A stretch of 64,000 nucleotides of DNA, taken from contig WTIL01000081.1 in assembly GCA_011522725.1 (NCBI GenBank), positions 2,259-66,258 on the forward strand, written 5' to 3'. This document shows positions 50,649 to 60,382 of the stretch, piece after piece. The position numbers and the translations under genes were made by a program. The DNA comes from Rhodospirillaceae bacterium. GTDB lineage: Bacteria > Pseudomonadota > Alphaproteobacteria > Puniceispirillales > Puniceispirillaceae. Under the pieces are notes generated by a model, which worked only from the letters and a program-made list of their open reading frames with translations, searched no databases and was not told the origin of the DNA. Every line of letters starts with the position of its first letter. Position 1 is the stretch's first letter.

Positions 50649-52099
50649 GCAATCTTGTCGAAGGCCGCACCGGCGAATGGGAAGTCGTCATCGGGCTTGA
50701 GGTGCACGCGCAGGTATCCACCAGCGCCAAGCTGTTCTCGGGCGCGCCGACCGCATTCGGCGCCGATCCGAACGCCAATGTCAGCCTCGTCGACGCGGCG
50801 ATGCCGGGCATGCTGCCGGTGATCAACCAGGAATGCGTCCGCCAGGCGATCCGCACCGGCCTCGGCCTGAATGCCGAGATCAACCTGTTCAGCGTGTTCG
50901 ACCGCAAGAACTATTTCTATGCCGACCTGCCGCAGGGCTACCAGATCAGCCAGTACAAGCAGCCGATCGTCGGCGAGGGGACGCTGCGCCTCGACATGCC
51001 TGACGGCACCACGCGCGATATCGGCATCGAACGGCTGCATCTCGAGCAGGATGCCGGCAAGTCGATGCATGACCAGCATCCGTCGAAGAGCTATATCGAC
51101 CTGAACCGCACCGGCGTCGCGCTGATGGAGATCGTCTCCAAGCCGGACATGCGCTCGGCCGCCGAGGCCGCCGCCTATGTGAAGAAGCTGCGGTCGATCC
51201 TGCGCTATCTCGGCACTTGTGACGGCAATATGGAAGAAGGCTCGTTGCGCGCCGACGTGAATGTGTCGGTCCGCCGTCCGGGCGATGAATTCGGCACCCG
51301 CACCGAGACCAAGAACCTGAATTCGATGCGGTTCATCCAGCAGGCGATCGATTACGAGGTGGCGCGCCAGATCGAGATTATCGAGGATGGTGGCGAGATC
51401 GACCAGGAAACACGCCTGTTCGACACCGGCACCGGGACCACACGGGCGATGCGCTCCAAGGAAGACGCGCATGACTATCGCTATTTCCCCGATCCGGACC
51501 TGCTGCCTCTGGTGATCGACCAGTCCGAGGTCGACGAGCTCAGCGCCGGCCTGCCCGAGCTTCCCGATGCCATTCGCGACCGGCTGACAAGCGAGTACGG
51601 CCTGTCCGCCTATGATGCCGCGGTGATCACCGAAGAGCGCGAGACAGCAGCCTTTTACGAGGCTGCCAGCGCCGGCCGTGACCGCAAGCTGGTCGCCAAC
51701 TGGATGACGGTGGAGCTGTTCGGTGCGCTGAACAAGTCCGGCGAGAGCCTAGGTGCCTGCAAGGTGTCGCCGGAAGCGCTCGGCGGGCTGGTCGGGCTGA
51801 TCGAGGACGGCACCATTTCCGGCAAGATCGCCAAGGATGTGTTCGCCGATATGTTCGAGACCGGCAAGGATGCCGCGACGATTGTCGAGGAAAAGGGCCT
51901 GAAACAGGTTTCCGACAGCGGTGCCATCGAGGCGATGATCGACGAGGTGATCGCCGCAAACGGCGACAAGGTCGAGGAATATCGCGGCGGCAAGGACAAG
52001 CTGTTCGGGTTCTTTGTCGGCCAGGTGATGAAGGCATCCAAGGGCCAGGCTAACCCCGGCATGGTCAACCAGCTGCTTCGCGCCAAGCTCGACGGATAA
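50645..52099 (+). CDS. gatB: Asp/Glu-tRNA amidotransferase subunit B
   Basis: [47 protein letters not shown]. Confidence 0.98.
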   Translation: MSNLVEGRTGEWEVVIGLEVHAQVSTSAKLFSGAPTAFGADPNANVSLVDAAMPGMLPVINQECVRQAIRTGLGLNAEINLFSVFDRKNYFYADLPQGYQISQYKQPIVGEGTLRLDMPDGTTRDIGIERLHLEQDAGKSMHDQHPSKSYIDLNRTGVALMEIVSKPDMRSAAEAAAYVKKLRSILRYLGTCDGNMEEGSLRADVNVSVRRPGDEFGTRTETKNLNSMRFIQQAIDYEVARQIEIIEDGGEIDQETRLFDTGTGTTRAMRSKEDAHDYRYFPDPDLLPLVIDQSEVDELSAGLPELPDAIRDRLTSEYGLSAYDAAVITEERETAAFYEAASAGRDRKLVANWMTVELFGALNKSGESLGACKVSPEALGGLVGLIEDGTISGKIAKDVFADMFETGKDAATIVEEKGLKQVSDSGAIEAMIDEVIAANGDKVEEYRGGKDKLFGFFVGQVMKASKGQANPGMVNQLLRAKLDG

Positions 52100-52100
52100 G

Positions 52101-52140
52101 CAAAGCCGGAAAGCTGCCTTCGGATGACATTTCCGGTTTG
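52101..52140 (+). terminator. Hairpin after gatB, possible terminator, overlapping the tRNA -35
   Basis: CAAAGCCGGAAA...CTTCGG...TTTCCGGTTTG; no long U-tract. Confidence 0.4.
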
Positions 52141-52166
52141 ACAGGCCGCGCTTTCAAAGTTACCAA
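52138..52166 (+). promoter_or_regulatory. sigma70 promoter of tRNA-Ser
   Basis: TTGACA-17 nt-TACCAA. Confidence 0.6.
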
Positions 52167-52239
52167 TTCGCCCTGCATACGCCGTGTATCTTCACCGGTC
52201 CGACTGGTGCTGTTGCACCAGGCAAGGTCCGGCCCCGGC

Positions 52240-52331
52240 GGAGGGGTGGCCGAGTGGCTGAAGGCGGCGGTTTGCTAAATCGTTAAAGGAAGAAATTCCT
52301 TTCGGGGGTTCGAATCCCTTCCCCTCCGCCA
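52240..52331 (+). tRNA. tRNA-Ser(GCT), 92 nt, encoded CCA
   Basis: Acceptor GGAGGGG/CCCCTCC-G-CCA; D arm TGGCCGAGTGGCTGAAGGC; anticodon loop TTGCTAA; long variable arm AAAGGAA-GAAA-TTCCTTT; GGTTCGAATCC. Confidence 0.97.
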
Positions 52332-52380
52332 TACCCCTCAGATCAGGTCGGCTTTTGCCGGCAATCAAAATGCCGATGGA

Positions 52381-53718
52381 TCACTGATGCCACCAGGCAT
52401 TCTGCTGTTGGCGAAGTTGGTAGAGGCGCGACGCCTGATCGGTATCGACCATCCCCCAGGTCAGCACCGTGCCTTTCTTCACATCCATGAGCAATGCTCT
52501 GCCTGTTGCTATGTAATAAGGCACCGGCGTGTCTGCATGGTCGCGCTCGGCAGGTATCAGTTCCGGCTCAAGGCCGGCAACCGCGTGATGATGCGGATCG
52601 GTGATCTGAAGAATCTCACCTTGCTTGAAATCGCGTGTGGTTCTGGCAACAAGATCTATCCTCGGTTCAGGCGCGGCGGCCCCGGTGGGCAGCTTCAGCA
52701 ATGCGGCGCTCAAAATCGACATAGGCGCCTCGACACCGAGGGTGTGCTGACCGATGAACAGCATGGCGGTCTTTGTGTTGCGCGCCACGACGTGTCCCTT
52801 GCCACGCAACAGATTCCACGTCTTCGCATTGTCACACCGCACGATCACAAAGACACCGCCGGCAAAGCTCATCTCGTCGGCACGTCTCAGGCAATTGAAG
52901 ACATCAATGATCCCGGTGTTTGCCAGCAATCCGCCATCGCTTCGGGACTGAAAGACGTCGGCCAGTTCCACCGGCCTCAGCAGGGGCGCATGAAGGGCGG
53001 CCCTGTCGGGGGTCAGGCCGGTACCGTTGGCCACCACGCCGAGTTCACAAAAATCAGCAACGGTTCGCGTCGGGAACTGTGCCTCGGCGACGACAGCATT
53101 CCGACGCGCAACATGATTTTGCCAGTCGCCGTCACGACAATGCCACAGGTCCATCATCCCTGAATTCCGATGCCTGTTTTCCAGCCAGCAGAGCGTGTCA
53201 TCCTCTTCAAGGACGAAATCATATTCACTGGATTTGCCAGCAGCCAAAACCTCTAAGCCAAGGGTTTCCGCCCAGCTGTTCAAACCGATCAGCAGGCTTG
53301 GCTGATCGCCTTCAACCTCGGTGTAGACGACACCTTTCTGTTTTGCCATCCGGCTTAGGATCGGGCCTACGACGATGCCAGCTTCCTTCGACGCCATGAC
53401 GACGTGGCACCCTTTGCCAATGGCCCATTCCGCGATGGTGGCGGCGGCCTCCGGCTGGCCCGTCGCTTCGACCAGCACATCGAACCCGGGAAGGTCGTCG
53501 GCTGTGATATCTGTCACCATCATCGGCGGGGACGCCATGCCGCTGTCCCTGACCGCGTCCCGCATGCGCTGCTCGTCTTTGTCGCAGATCACCGTGATGT
53601 CGATTTTTTCGATGTTCCGAGCCTGGTCAAGCAGCGTCGCGCCAAAATCGCCAACCCCGACCAGCGCCACGCGGATCTGCGGCAAACCTTCATTCCTGAA
53701 AAGACCGTGATAATTCAT
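52381..53718 (-). CDS. NAD(P)-dependent oxidoreductase, homoserine-dehydrogenase-like with C-terminal SAF domain
   Basis: Rossmann VGVGDFG, VEATG, HVVMASKE, GDQPS, AAGK, C-terminal SAF-like RDFKQGEIL..DVKKGTVLT. Confidence 0.8.
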   Translation of the reverse strand: MNYHGLFRNEGLPQIRVALVGVGDFGATLLDQARNIEKIDITVICDKDEQRMRDAVRDSGMASPPMMVTDITADDLPGFDVLVEATGQPEAAATIAEWAIGKGCHVVMASKEAGIVVGPILSRMAKQKGVVYTEVEGDQPSLLIGLNSWAETLGLEVLAAGKSSEYDFVLEEDDTLCWLENRHRNSGMMDLWHCRDGDWQNHVARRNAVVAEAQFPTRTVADFCELGVVANGTGLTPDRAALHAPLLRPVELADVFQSRSDGGLLANTGIIDVFNCLRRADEMSFAGGVFVIVRCDNAKTWNLLRGKGHVVARNTKTAMLFIGQHTLGVEAPMSILSAALLKLPTGAAAPEPRIDLVARTTRDFKQGEILQITDPHHHAVAGLEPELIPAERDHADTPVPYYIATGRALLMDVKKGTVLTWGMVDTDQASRLYQLRQQQNAWWHQ

Positions 53719-53750
53719 CGAAACAGACCCATTGCACGCATTCGCATTAA

Positions 53751-53768
53751 CATGACAACATTTTCATG
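53751..53768. promoter_or_regulatory. Imperfect palindrome, candidate operator upstream of the SAF oxidoreductase
   Basis: CATGAcAA-CA-TTtTCATG, 33 nt upstream of the start codon. Confidence 0.35.
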
Positions 53769-53901
53769 AACGCTTGGCCATCGCTGCTTTTTCAACAGTC
53801 AGTCCCCAAAATCCCGGTCCAAAATGAAGCGAAACTGATTTGATGGCCCGCCGCGCCTGTATGGGGCGACGGACAGGCTTGTCTCGCCGGAACACTGCGC
53901 A

Positions 53902-54519
53902 TCAACGAATCTTCGGAAAGGCCATTTCCGGCTTGTAGCTTGCGAAGGAATCCAGCGTCTGACGGTTGCATTGTTCCTGAAGGTCTGTATCGGGTTGAAC
54001 CGCGGTGACGACAGGGTAGGCGGCGCGATAGCCCGCTGTGCGGTCATTGTCCTCCATGGCGATGGTAGCAATGCCGGCGACAATGCCTCCCTGCCGTTCA
54101 ACAAGGCGAATGGCACCGTCCATCGTCCCGCCTGTCTCGATCCATTGATCGACCAGAAGAACCCGGGTTCCGGCGGCAAAGGCCGGTGTGCGCATTTCCA
54201 TGTCCTGCGTCCGGCCTGAATAGTTCGTGAAGGACACGGAGTCCGTATCAACGCATAGTTTGCCGGCCTTGCGGATCGGCAGGAATCCCACGCCGATCCG
54301 TGTCGCGAGCGCGGCGCCAAGAACGAATCCCATTGCATCGAGGCCGGCGACGACGTCGCAGTCGACACCTTCAAGATCAGCCGTGAGATCATCAAGGAGC
54401 TGCGTAAACGCATCGCCGTTGATGTAAATCGACGTCGGGTCGAGCCAGGCGAATTTCTCGCCCTTGGTATTCGGCGACATGATGTCGAGATACCAACGCG
54501 TGTTTCTTGTGTCAGTCAT
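53902..54519 (-). CDS. Type I phosphoribosyltransferase (APRT-like) with atypical DQ PRPP loop
   Basis: VAGLDAMGFVLG, IRKAGKL, VLLVDQWIETGGT. Confidence 0.85.
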   Translation of the reverse strand: MTDTRNTRWYLDIMSPNTKGEKFAWLDPTSIYINGDAFTQLLDDLTADLEGVDCDVVAGLDAMGFVLGAALATRIGVGFLPIRKAGKLCVDTDSVSFTNYSGRTQDMEMRTPAFAAGTRVLLVDQWIETGGTMDGAIRLVERQGGIVAGIATIAMEDNDRTAGYRAAYPVVTAVQPDTDLQEQCNRQTLDSFASYKPEMAFPKIR

Positions 54520-55259
54520 GATGTTTCCCCCATGTCACGGCATACATCGACAAGTTGCGACAAACGCGCCGGGTCGATGTTGTAGAAGTCGTTTTCAAAA
54601 TTGATTCCTGTGGCGACCATGAAACAGTCGACCATGTCATAATCGGTGGCGTTGTCCGGTGTGATTCCCGAGGCAAGGGCAATCGGTCGATCGGGCAGGG
54701 CGCCACGAAACTCCGCGAGTTTCCCGAGGTCGGCAGAGTGCCCGGTGGCGATGCCGGATGTTGTCACGACATCCATGAAACCGCCTGCGATGCCGGCCGC
54801 GCGCGCGTAATCCTTCGGGTCGACCGGACGCTGCTTCTTGAAGGCTGTGCCGCCGAAATAGAGTCCCTCCCAGCCGCAAGCCGTGCGCGTCGCGGCGATG
54901 TTGTCGGCTTCTTCCTGAGTGACGGCACTCTCGTCAATTCGGGCATCATCAGCCCAGTAAGCATCGATTCTCACGCCGCGCGCGTCGAGATCTGCAAGGA
55001 TCGGAAAGGCTTTCAAGCCGGTCACGGCAAGGAAATTCACCCCGATCCAGAAATCCGGATACCGGCCTCGAATCGCTTCGAGAACAGGCAGGAATGCATC
55101 AATTCCAAAATCATGGTTGATCAGAAAACACCCTTTCAGCCCGGCATCAATGATGTGGTCGATATTGGCCGCTGTCCGGGCGTCGTCCAGAACATGAATA
55201 ACCGGAAGGATGACAGGTCCGGAACATTGGAAAATTTTATGAAAATCAGCTCGTTGCAT
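54516..55259 (-). CDS. BtpA/SgcQ-family TIM-barrel protein
   Basis: PVIHV, IGVNFL, VTTSGIATG, ALASGITPDN, MVATG; ATGA overlap with the PRT gene. Confidence 0.7.
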   Translation of the reverse strand: MQRADFHKIFQCSGPVILPVIHVLDDARTAANIDHIIDAGLKGCFLINHDFGIDAFLPVLEAIRGRYPDFWIGVNFLAVTGLKAFPILADLDARGVRIDAYWADDARIDESAVTQEEADNIAATRTACGWEGLYFGGTAFKKQRPVDPKDYARAAGIAGGFMDVVTTSGIATGHSADLGKLAEFRGALPDRPIALASGITPDNATDYDMVDCFMVATGINFENDFYNIDPARLSQLVDVCRDMGETS

Positions 55260-55451
55260 AATTTAAATCCCGGCTCGACCGGCTGTGTCGGCGATACAGA
55301 AAGCTCAGCGGCATTGTGCAAAATCAGCACACCTTGGAAGGCACCCGATCTCCTAAAATGCCGTGTCGGCCTTTACAGAACGGTAAAACTCACCATGCTG
55401 ACTTGTAAACAGCGACCGTATAAGGCGCGGCATAATCAAGGGAGTAAACAA

Positions 55452-56588
55452 ATGAAACCTACTGAAAATCTTCTTAGTTCGAAGCTGTCCCGGCGCAAGG
55501 CGCTCGTTTACGGCGCAGCCACCGCGCTGTCGACACCCTTTGTCTCGCGCGCCTGGGCCGCGCCGACCGAGATCAATATGCTGGCCTGGTATGGTCACGG
55601 CGAGCCGGACATCGTTGCCGAGTTCGAGGCCGCGAACAACGTCAAGTTCAAGCCGAAATACTATGCCGGCGGCGACAACATGCTGGGGCTGATCGCGCAG
55701 TCGCCCCCGGGCACCTATGACGTCATTCTTTCGGATGGCGAGTTTGTGCAGCAGTTGAACGCAGCAGGATATATCGAAGAGCTTGAAGCCGCCGACTATC
55801 CGTTCGATGACATGCTGTATGAGGATTTCACGAAGTTTCCAGGGCATTGGGCTGATGGAAAGCTGTATTCGATGATGGTCCGGTTTGGTCATCTCGGCGT
55901 GTCCTACAACAAGAACGCCATTACGGCCGAAGAAGCGATGAGCTATTCCTGCTTCTGGAAGCCTGAAGTGAAGGGCAAGGTCGGGCATTTCGACTGGCAC
56001 CTTCCCAGCCTCGGCATGATGAGCCTTTATAACGGCAACGGTGCCGGGCTGTGGGACCTGACGGATGACAAATGGGGCGCTGTCCAGGACACGACCCTGT
56101 CGCTCCGTCCGCAGGTTGGCGGATATTTCGACTATGGCGGAACCTTCAACTCGCTGAAGAACGGCGAGATGCTGGCCATGTGCGGTATCGGTGACTGGAT
56201 CACCGGAGTTCTGGAAAAGGACGGCGCGCCCGTCGGTTCCGTTGTGCCGAAAGAAGGCGGCATCCAGTGGACCGAGTCCTACTGCATCGGCAAGGGCTCC
56301 GAGAAGGCCGACATCGTGAAGAAATTCATCCAGTACATGCTCTCGGCCGAAGGTCAGGTCAAATCGGCGCAGATGGCGGCCTATCCCGGCTTTGCCATCA
56401 CCAAGAGCGGCCGTGCCAAGCTGATCGAGGTCGACCGGGCAGAAGCCGAGCGTACGGGCCAGATCGACGGCATGCCGAACGATCCGGTCACCCTGGTCAA
56501 GGAAGGCCGCATCCACTACCGGAACATTCCGGTGCAGCAGACGCTCGAAGACTGGAACGACTTCTGGTCCGAATACAAGAACGCCTGA
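55452..56588 (+). CDS. PotD/PotF-family ABC substrate-binding protein with Tat-like signal
   Basis: GGAG RBS before ATG 55452; SRRKAL twin-Arg and AWA cleavage site; PKEGG..W.ES pattern; heads the ABC operon. Confidence 0.88.
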   Translation: MKPTENLLSSKLSRRKALVYGAATALSTPFVSRAWAAPTEINMLAWYGHGEPDIVAEFEAANNVKFKPKYYAGGDNMLGLIAQSPPGTYDVILSDGEFVQQLNAAGYIEELEAADYPFDDMLYEDFTKFPGHWADGKLYSMMVRFGHLGVSYNKNAITAEEAMSYSCFWKPEVKGKVGHFDWHLPSLGMMSLYNGNGAGLWDLTDDKWGAVQDTTLSLRPQVGGYFDYGGTFNSLKNGEMLAMCGIGDWITGVLEKDGAPVGSVVPKEGGIQWTESYCIGKGSEKADIVKKFIQYMLSAEGQVKSAQMAAYPGFAITKSGRAKLIEVDRAEAERTGQIDGMPNDPVTLVKEGRIHYRNIPVQQTLEDWNDFWSEYKNA

Positions 56589-56606
56589 GTGGATGTTTAG
56601 ACTGAA

Positions 56607-56661
56607 GGGAGGGCGGCGGTTGCCGCCGTCCGTCCCGTGACCGGCGCGCTCCGGGCCGGTT
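56607..56661 (+). other. Tandem GC-rich hairpins after the SBP gene (mRNA stability/partial termination)
   Basis: GGGA-GGGCGGCGG-TTG-CCGCCGTCC-GTCCC then GACCGGC...GCCGGTT; no U-tract. Confidence 0.55.
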
Positions 56662-56670
56662 GATAATGAG

Positions 56671-57552
56671 ATGACAGATTCCGATCCCTCGAGGTCCACG
56701 GCACCGGCCGTGAAGACATTTTCGCTTTTCAAGCAGACATTCAGGCTGCCCATCGTCCTGTGGCAGTCTCTGTTCTTCATCGGCCCGCTGTGTTTCATGG
56801 TGGCGATGTCCTTCTTCATTGTCCGCAACTACCGGATGCAAGAGGACTTCGTGATGAAGAACTGGGCCAAGATGCTTGGCCGCGACTATTTCTGGGACAG
56901 CTATTTCCTGACCTGGGGGCTTGCCGGCATCGGCACCATTGTGACCATGACAGTGGCGTTTCCCGCCGCCTACACACTGGCTTTCAAGGTCAGCGAGTCG
57001 GTCCGGCGCTGGGCCATCTTCATGCTCATCATTCCGTTCTTCACCAGCTACCTCGTGCGGATCTTCTCCTGGTATGTGATTCTCGCGGAAAGCGGGGTGA
57101 TCAATGCCGGCCTCAGCTATCTCGGGCTTGGGCCCTTTGTCATGCTGAACACCAAGTTCGGCACGGTTGTCGGCTATATGACACTGACACTGCCGCTTGT
57201 TATCATTCTGCAGACCTTCGCGCTTTCAAATATCGACAGGTCACTGGTTGAGGCGGCTTTCAATCTCGGATGCAGGCCGTTCAGAACGATCTATCGCGTC
57301 ATCCTGCCAATGGCACGGACAGGCCTGATCATCGCGGCAGTGTTCTGTTTCATTCTGTCCTTTGGCGACTTTGTCAGTCCGTATTATCTGGGTGGATCAA
57401 AACCGCCGACACTGCCGATCCTGATTGTCGATACGGTCAAATCGGGCCAGCAATGGCCGCGTGCCGCCGTGGTGGCCGTTGTCATGATGGTGACGCTGTT
57501 CGTGGTGGCTTTCGCCGGCATCATGGCCGCTTACAGGCGGAGGGTCGGATGA
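56671..57552 (+). CDS. ABC permease (PotB-like)
   Basis: IIPFFTSYLVR, GVINAGL, EAA loop LVEAAFNLG, FILSFGDFVSP. Confidence 0.9.
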   Translation: MTDSDPSRSTAPAVKTFSLFKQTFRLPIVLWQSLFFIGPLCFMVAMSFFIVRNYRMQEDFVMKNWAKMLGRDYFWDSYFLTWGLAGIGTIVTMTVAFPAAYTLAFKVSESVRRWAIFMLIIPFFTSYLVRIFSWYVILAESGVINAGLSYLGLGPFVMLNTKFGTVVGYMTLTLPLVIILQTFALSNIDRSLVEAAFNLGCRPFRTIYRVILPMARTGLIIAAVFCFILSFGDFVSPYYLGGSKPPTLPILIVDTVKSGQQWPRAAVVAVVMMVTLFVVAFAGIMAAYRRRVG

Positions 57553-58343
57553 CAGACAACCGCACGCTGCGATGGTTCCTTTTCGCCTATCTGGCGCTGG
57601 TCTTCGTGTTTATTTTCGCGCCGATATTTTTCAGCGTGGTCTTCTCGTTCAACTCGGACAGGTTCCCGACCATTCCTCTCGGCAACTTCACGCTGAAATG
57701 GTACCAGACAGTCTGGAACGATCCGGATGTCTGGGAGGCGGCGCGCACCAGCCTGACAGTGTCGCTGTCGACGGCGACGATCGCAACGGCGCTTGGCTTT
57801 GCCACTGCCTATACTGATTACCGCTACAGTTTCCGCCTGAAGCCGATCTATCTCGGTCTTGTGCTGCTGCCGCCGACAATACCGCTGATCATCATGGCGC
57901 TGGCCATGCTTGCCTGGTTCGCGAAGCTCGGCATTTCAGGCCAGGTGATGTCGATTATCATCGCCCATAGCGTTCTGACCGCCCCGTTTGCGATGGCGAT
58001 CATCCGTCTCCGTCTAAGCCAGATGGATCCGAGCCTTGAAGCAGCAGCATGGAATCTTGGGGCAAATGAGTGGAGCGCCATGCGCCGTGTCATCGTGCCA
58101 TTCTGCAGGCCGGCGATCATTTCGTCTTTCTGTCTGACCGCAGCCGTGTCCTTTGATGAATTTGCCATCTCCTGGTTTGTCTCGGGGCTCAACAAGACAA
58201 TTCCGGTGATCATTCTTGAAATTGTCACCGGCAATATCGACCCGCAGGTCAACGCGATAGGAAGTTTTGTGTTTCTCGTCTCGATGACGCTGGTGATCAT
58301 CGCCCAGGTGGTGTTGATGACACGCCGCAAGAAGGAAAATTGA
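57549..58343 (+). CDS. ABC permease (PotC-like)
   Basis: SFN..FTLKWY, LEAAAWNLGA, SFDEF, PQVNAIG; ATGA overlap with the previous permease. Confidence 0.9.
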   Translation: MTDNRTLRWFLFAYLALVFVFIFAPIFFSVVFSFNSDRFPTIPLGNFTLKWYQTVWNDPDVWEAARTSLTVSLSTATIATALGFATAYTDYRYSFRLKPIYLGLVLLPPTIPLIIMALAMLAWFAKLGISGQVMSIIIAHSVLTAPFAMAIIRLRLSQMDPSLEAAAWNLGANEWSAMRRVIVPFCRPAIISSFCLTAAVSFDEFAISWFVSGLNKTIPVIILEIVTGNIDPQVNAIGSFVFLVSMTLVIIAQVVLMTRRKKEN

Positions 58344-58347
58344 TATC

Positions 58348-59436
58348 ATGGTGGCTCCCCTTGTCGAATTCAGGTCGGTGGTCAAACGCTTTGACGATTT
58401 CGTGGCCGTTGAAGATGTGAATTTCACCATCGATGCCGGCGAATTTGTCGCCATCATGGGACCGTCCGGTTGCGGCAAGACGACGACGTTGCGGATGCTG
58501 GCCGGGCTTGAAGCGCCTTCTGAAGGCAATATCCTGATGGATGGCCGGGTGATGAATGATGTTCCGGCCCATGAACGTGACACGCCGCTGGTATGGCAGT
58601 CGCTGGCACTGTTTCCGTTTCTGACAGCGCGTGAAAATGTCGAATTCGGACTGCAGATGCGCGGCGTCGGGGCTGCCGAGTGCCGGCGGCGGGCGCTTGA
58701 ATGGCTGGACCGCATGGAGATTTCGGAATTTGCCGAGCGTGATATCGCCAGTCTTTCCGGAGGCCAGAAACAACGGGTCGCGCTGGCGCGCTCTCTGGTC
58801 ATAGAGCCAAGAATTCTGCTTCTGGATGAGCCGCTTTCGGCATTGGACGCCAATCTTGTCATCCGCATGCAATCTGTCCTGACGAAGTTGCAGCGCGAAC
58901 TCGGGATTACATTCGTCTATGTGACGCATTCGCAGTCTGAAGCCTTTGCCATGGCAGACCGTGTCGTCATCATGTCGCGCGGGCACATTTCGCAGATCGG
59001 ATCACCGAAGGATATCTATCGCGCCCCGGCGAACCGCTTTGTTGCCGAATTTGTCGGACGTAACAACATCATCTCGGGCGCGGTCACCAAGACCGCGGCG
59101 AAGACGGTGACGATCGAAGGCAGCCTTGGAAGTTTCACCGTTCAGACGGGACAGCATGATGCACCCCGCAAGGGGGATGTGGCGCGCTTCGTTGTTGCCG
59201 CCGACCTTGCCCAGATTTCGGTAAAGAAGCCAAAGTCAGGCAATGTCATCCCATGCTCTCTGATTTCAGAGGAATTTAGCGGTTCTGTTGTGACTTTGTT
59301 TCTTGAGGCGGAGGACGGCAGCGAGTTGAAGGTGCAGCTGCAAGAGCGTGAACTGTCTAAAATGGATCTGAAGTCGGCGACCACGATCTATCTCAGCTGG
59401 GCTGACGAGCATGGCCATTATATCGGTGTGGACTGA
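58348..59436 (+). CDS. ABC ATP-binding protein (PotA-like, TOBE tail)
   Basis: GPSGCGKTT, LSGGQKQRVALAR, LLDEPLSALD, YVTHSQSEA. Confidence 0.93.
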   Translation: MVAPLVEFRSVVKRFDDFVAVEDVNFTIDAGEFVAIMGPSGCGKTTTLRMLAGLEAPSEGNILMDGRVMNDVPAHERDTPLVWQSLALFPFLTARENVEFGLQMRGVGAAECRRRALEWLDRMEISEFAERDIASLSGGQKQRVALARSLVIEPRILLLDEPLSALDANLVIRMQSVLTKLQRELGITFVYVTHSQSEAFAMADRVVIMSRGHISQIGSPKDIYRAPANRFVAEFVGRNNIISGAVTKTAAKTVTIEGSLGSFTVQTGQHDAPRKGDVARFVVAADLAQISVKKPKSGNVIPCSLISEEFSGSVVTLFLEAEDGSELKVQLQERELSKMDLKSATTIYLSWADEHGHYIGVD

Positions 59437-59474
59437 TACCTGACGAGATCAACAAGAGTGGCAGTGAGGCAAGG

Positions 59475-60356
59475 ATGATACAGAACCCGATCCCATGGCC
59501 AAACGGCGCGCGATGCGCTTGTGTGGTGTCCTTTGATATGGACGCAGACAGTCTGATCCACATTGCAAGGCCCGATGACGCGCATGACCGGCTCTATCCG
59601 ATCAGCATGGGTCGCTATGGCCCGAATGTGGCCATTCCGCGTATTCTCGAAACCTATCGGCGGCTTGGCATTCAGCAGTCCTTTTTTCTTCCGGGCTGGT
59701 GCGTTGAAACATATCCGCATGCTGTCGAGGCGATCCTTGAAGGTGGTCATGAAATTGGCCATCACGGGTATTTGCATGAAGATCCGATCGAGGCGCCTGA
59801 TCAGAGGTACTGGTTCGAGCGTGCGCTCGCCGCTTACCAAAAATACTGCGGTGGCAAGCCGGCGGGATACCGTGCTCCGGTGTACAATATCAACCAGGAG
59901 GTCGTTGATCTGCTGGTCGAACACGGGTTTCGGTATGAATCCTCGATGATGGCGGATGATATTCCCTATCGTGTCGAGACTGCGAAGGGCGGGTTCTGGG
60001 AAATGCCGGTGCATTGGGGCACCGATGACTGGCCGCCTTTCGCGCATTATGCCGAGATCGGTTATATGATGCCGGTAAAGGCGCCTTCGACAGGCCTGAA
60101 CGCTTTTTGGGAAGAATTTGACGCAGCCTACGAGGCCGGCGGGTTTTTCATGCTGATTGTCCATCCGTTCCTGACCGGCAGGCTCGCCAGGTGGCGTCAG
60201 GTTGAAACCTGGCTGGAGGAAACGCTCCGGACCAAGGATGTGTGGTTTGCGCGGCTGGATCAGATTGCAGATCATCTGGATGGGCTTGTTGCCCGTGCGG
60301 AATACAGCCCGCGGGTAGAGAAGCTGCCATATTACAGCGGACCGCAGGGCGGCTGA
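59475..60356 (+). CDS. Cytoplasmic CE4 'polysaccharide deacetylase' of the PuuE/HpPgdA-like group (probable small-molecule amidohydrolase)
   Basis: WPNGARCA, SFDMDAD, HEIGHHGYLHE, GYRAP, VHPFLTG; no signal peptide. Confidence 0.85.
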   Translation: MIQNPIPWPNGARCACVVSFDMDADSLIHIARPDDAHDRLYPISMGRYGPNVAIPRILETYRRLGIQQSFFLPGWCVETYPHAVEAILEGGHEIGHHGYLHEDPIEAPDQRYWFERALAAYQKYCGGKPAGYRAPVYNINQEVVDLLVEHGFRYESSMMADDIPYRVETAKGGFWEMPVHWGTDDWPPFAHYAEIGYMMPVKAPSTGLNAFWEEFDAAYEAGGFFMLIVHPFLTGRLARWRQVETWLEETLRTKDVWFARLDQIADHLDGLVARAEYSPRVEKLPYYSGPQGG

Positions 60357-60382
60357 ACCAGAGACTGGAGCAGGAGATTGTC

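Noticed and set aside
52240-52331. Several G:U pairs in the tRNA anticodon and T stems suggesting a pseudo-tRNA or selenocysteine tRNA
   Set aside because: Cloverleaf, 7-bp acceptor stem, G73, CCA, GCT anticodon and promoter all fit a normal tRNA-Ser
54555-55451. Apparent 299-aa N-terminal extension of the SBP (677-aa ORF), suggesting a fusion
   Set aside because: It is the antisense shadow of the btpA-like gene plus spacer; an RBS and Tat-like signal mark the true start at 55452
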